32,000 bases of DNA from Deinococcus radiodurans R1 = ATCC 13939 = DSM 20539 (GTDB lineage: Bacteria > Deinococcota > Deinococci > Deinococcales > Deinococcaceae). The stretch is taken from assembly GCF_000008565.1 (NCBI RefSeq), contig NC_001263.1:541213-573212 (forward strand). Reading direction: 5' to 3'. Of this stretch, positions 27,920-32,000 are shown piece after piece. Below the pieces are notes generated by a model. That model made no database searches and was not told the DNA's origin. It saw only the letters and a list, made by a program, of their open reading frames with translations. The position numbers and the translations under genes were made by a program. Within the stretch, counting starts at the first letter, position 1, and each line of letters begins with the position of its first letter.

Positions 27920-29322
27920 ATGACCGTGACTGCGCGTCCCCGCTCACTGCGCTCCGCTGTTGCGCCGCAAGGTGCGGGCGGGGTCTTGCTGGCCGTCCTG
28001 ATTTTGCTGCTGCTGCTCGCGGCGGCGGCGGGCATCGGCTGGCTTCTTTCTTCGGCCACGGCGGCGGTGTGGCCCTCGGCGCCGCCCTACATGATTCTGG
28101 TGTGGGGCGCGCTGGCGCTGCTGCTGCTGACCCCGCTGGTGGGCCGGGCCTTTCCCTGGATTCGTGACTGGTTCTACCTGTTCCCGGCGCTGGTGTTCGT
28201 GCTCGCCTTTACCGTGCTGCCGGTGGTTTTGACCGTCAACTACGCCTTTACCAACTACTCGGGGGAAAACAGCGGTAACCCCGACAGCGCTGCGCGCACG
28301 GCGGCGGTCCTCAGCCCCGACCGCCTGAGCGTGCGGCTGCCCGAGCGCGGCAGCGACACGCCGCTGAGCGAGGCCCTCAAGTGCCGCACGCCGAGCTGCG
28401 TCGGCGACACGCTGGTGCTCTACGATGAGGACGCCGCCACGCCGCACGAGGTCAAAATCGCCAGCATCGGCAAGGACCGGGTCACGCTGGCGGCCCCCGC
28501 ACCTGCCGGACTCGACGTGGCCTACGCCACCCGCATCAACCGCTATCAGTACGTGGGCCTCGCCAACTTTCAGGAGATTTTCGCCAAGGCGAGCCGGGCG
28601 CTGTGGCCGGTGTTTGTCTGGACGGTAGCCTTCGCCTTTTTCACGGTGATTCTGAACGCGCTCGCCGGGCTGATTCTGGGCATCCTGCTCTATAACAAGC
28701 GTCTCAAGGGCCGCAACATCTACCGTACGCTGCTGTTTTTGCCCTGGGCGATTCCAGCGGTCATCAGCGTGCAGATGTGGAAGGCGCTGCTCGACCAGAA
28801 CTTCGGCATCGTCAACAAGACGCTGGGGCTGCTCGGCCTGTTCGCCGTCCCCTGGCTGAACGACCCGCTGTGGGCCAAAATCAGCATCCTGTTCGTGAAC
28901 CTGTGGCTGGGCTTTCCGTACATGATGACCGCCACCATCAGCGCGCTGGCGACCATCAACGAGGACCTGTACGAGGCCGCGAGCATTGACGGCGCGAGCC
29001 GCTGGCAGCAGATCACGAACATCACCCTGCCGCTGCTTCGGCAGTCGTTCACGCCGATTTTGCTCTCGACTTTCGCCTTCAACTTCAACAACTTCGGCAT
29101 CATCTACCTGCTCACGGCAGGCGGCCCGGCGCAAGAAGGGCGCGAAAGCACCGCGCAGAGCACCGACATTCTGCTGTCGTGGGGCTACAACACGGCGTTC
29201 GCATCGAGCGGCGGACAGAACTACGCGCTCGCGAGCGCCATCGCGCTCATCATCTTCTTCCTGACGCTCGCTATCTCGCTGGTGAACTTCAAGGCGGCGG
29301 GCGTATTCGACGAGGCCCGCAC

Positions 29323-29326
<4 letters not shown>
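27920..29326 (+). CDS. malF: Sugar ABC transporter permease (MalF-like)
   Basis: GGGAG lies 5 nt upstream of the ATG. Polytopic protein with a ~90-aa extracytoplasmic insert after TM3 and the EAA loop [23 protein letters not shown]. Confidence 0.9.
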
Positions 29327-30699
<1,373 letters not shown>

Positions 30700-30726
30700 G
30701 CCCTTTTTTCCGGCGCGTCTCTCCGG

Positions 30727-30754
30727 CCCCCTGCCTCAGTGGCGGGGGGTTTTT
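30727..30754 (+). terminator. Rho-independent terminator of the sugar ABC operon
   Basis: CCCCCTGCC-TCAGT-GGCGGGGGG (one mismatch) is followed by TTTTT. Confidence 0.7.
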
Positions 30755-30927
30755 GATGAGCAATCGCTCACCAGACAAAATCTGACCTTTCTTGTATTCT
30801 TTTGCGGTTGCCGTGCCCGCGCTCCTTTTCCGAACGGAAGGAAAATACAGCCCCGGACGGCGTGGCATAGAGTTCGTGCCAGAGCAGTCTGTGTACGTGA
30901 GTCACAAGGCCCCCGAGGAGGCCCCCC

Positions 30928-31713
30928 ATGAAAAAGTCATTGCTGAGTTTGAAGCTTTCGGGTCTGCTGGTTCCGAGTGTGCTGGCCCTCTCGCTGAGCG
31001 CGTGCAGTTCGCCGTCGAGCACCCTGAACCAGGGCACCCTCAAGATCGCCATGGAGGGCACCTACCCGCCCTTTACCTCCAAAAACGAGCAGGGCGAACT
31101 CGTCGGCTTCGACGTGGACATCGCCAAGGCGGTGGCGCAGAAACTCAATCTCAAGCCCGAGTTTGTGCTCACCGAGTGGAGCGGCATTCTGGCGGGGCTC
31201 CAGGCAAACAAGTACGACGTCATCGTCAACCAGGTGGGCATCACGCCCGAGCGGCAAAACTCCATCGGTTTCAGCCAGCCCTACGCTTACAGCCGCCCGG
31301 AAATCATCGTGGCGAAGAACAACACCTTCAACCCGCAGTCGCTCGCCGACCTCAAGGGCAAACGGGTGGGCAGCACGCTCGGCAGCAACTACGAAAAGCA
31401 GCTCATCGACACGGGCGACATCAAGATCGTGACCTACCCCGGCGCCCCTGAGATTCTGGCCGACTTGGTGGCGGGCCGCATCGACGCGGCGTACAACGAC
31501 CGCCTGGTGGTCAACTACATCATCAACGACCAGAAGCTGCCGGTGCGCGGCGCCGGGCAGATCGGCGACGCGGCCCCGGTGGGCATCGCGCTGAAAAAGG
31601 GCAATTCGGCGCTCAAGGACCAGATCGACAAGGCCCTGACCGAGATGCGCAGCGACGGCACCTTCGAGAAGATCAGCCAGAAGTGGTTCGGTCAGGACGT
31701 GGGCCAGCCCTGA
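30928..31713 (+). CDS. Polar amino-acid ABC transporter substrate-binding lipoprotein (family 3)
   Basis: GAGGAGG lies 8 nt upstream of the ATG. Lipobox LSLSAC. GTLKIAMEGTYPPFT, LVGFDVDIAKAVA, WSGILAGLQANKYDVIVNQVGITPER and GFSQPY are typical of the SBP_bac_3 family. Confidence 0.9.
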   Translation: MKKSLLSLKLSGLLVPSVLALSLSACSSPSSTLNQGTLKIAMEGTYPPFTSKNEQGELVGFDVDIAKAVAQKLNLKPEFVLTEWSGILAGLQANKYDVIVNQVGITPERQNSIGFSQPYAYSRPEIIVAKNNTFNPQSLADLKGKRVGSTLGSNYEKQLIDTGDIKIVTYPGAPEILADLVAGRIDAAYNDRLVVNYIINDQKLPVRGAGQIGDAAPVGIALKKGNSALKDQIDKALTEMRSDGTFEKISQKWFGQDVGQP

Positions 31714-31748
31714 GTGAACTGGCTGAGTCCTGAAGAAAAAGAGGCCCG

Positions 31749-32000
31749 ATGAACACCGAGCAACTGCAATCCATTCTCCAGAGTGCCTGGCACGCGCTGC
31801 CCACGCTGCTGGCGGCGACGCCGGTCACGCTGGGCTTTGCGCTTGCCGCCATGGTGCTGGGGCTGCCGCTGGGCTTCGCGGTGGCGCTGGCGCGTCTTTC
31901 GCGGCTAGGGTGGCTGCGGACGCTGAGCGGGCTGTTCGTGTCGTTTATTCGCGGCACGCCGCTGCTGGTGCAGATTTTCGTCATCTACTACGGCCTGCCG
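31749..32000 (+). CDS. Polar amino-acid ABC transporter permease, N-terminal fragment (runs off the right edge)
   Basis: Open at the edge, so not in the ORF track. ATG 31749 follows AAGAGG. It reads MNTEQLQSILQSAWHALPTLLAATPVTLGFALAAMVLGLPLGFAVALARLSRLGWLRTLSGLFVSFIRGTPLLVQIFVIYYGLP. FIRGTPLLVQIF.IYYGLP is the HisM/GlnP-type permease motif. Confidence 0.85.
   Translation, partial: MNTEQLQSILQSAWHALPTLLAATPVTLGFALAAMVLGLPLGFAVALARLSRLGWLRTLSGLFVSFIRGTPLLVQIFVIYYGLP

Noticed and set aside
30756-30927. Possible riboswitch in the ~170-nt leader of the amino-acid ABC operon
   Set aside because: I could find only short weak hairpins (TTCC-GAAC-GGAA and TGGCA...TGCCA). Nothing resembles SAM, lysine, glycine or other riboswitch cores I know. 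An Rfam scan would be needed to claim more.

Overview
High-GC bacterial chromosomal segment. My hand counts on 60-nt samples give about 63-67% GC in housekeeping genes. Gene content and order look like Deinococcus, probably D. radiodurans-like; this is inference from family recognition, since no search was possible. From about 6.5 kb to 32 kb the window is mostly ordinary: DUF72, a glycerophosphodiester phosphodiesterase, an SDR, a TauE/SafE exporter, two paralogous type IV pilin genes flanking a polytopic membrane protein, dnaB with an overlapping Nudix gene, a glutaryl-CoA-dehydrogenase-like acyl-CoA dehydrogenase, thiamine pyrophosphokinase, an alpha/beta-hydrolase lipoprotein, hemL, a CoA-binding protein, trpS overlapping scpA, convergent tRNA-Ala(UGC) and tRNA-Val(UAC), an RqcH/NFACT homolog, a DsbA-like oxidoreductase, a malEFG-like sugar ABC operon, and the start of a polar amino-acid ABC operon. 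The standout is the left 6.5 kb. It holds a minus-strand operon of at least five tightly packed genes with lower GC (53-58% in four hand samples). In order it encodes a signal-peptide/TM protein, a 3-TM miniprotein, a 1070-aa protein with all three FtsZ/tubulin GTP-binding loops, a MotA/ExbB-type channel subunit with a long helical tail (ZorA-like architecture), and a MotB-like subunit that runs off the left edge and is absent from the ORF track. I propose this as a candidate undescribed stator-plus-cytoskeletal-GTPase system, for envelope surveillance/defence or membrane remodelling. Secondary observations: a mirrored 14-nt leader in front of two divergent genes, a low-GC pilin-paralog island, a (Thr-Gly)10 pilin tail, a 14-bp tandem repeat array and a LacI-type palindrome upstream of malE, perfect hairpins upstream of hemL, and an in-frame 15-bp triplication in scpA. 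Many long ORFs in the track are antisense or alternate-frame shadows typical of high-GC DNA and were rejected.
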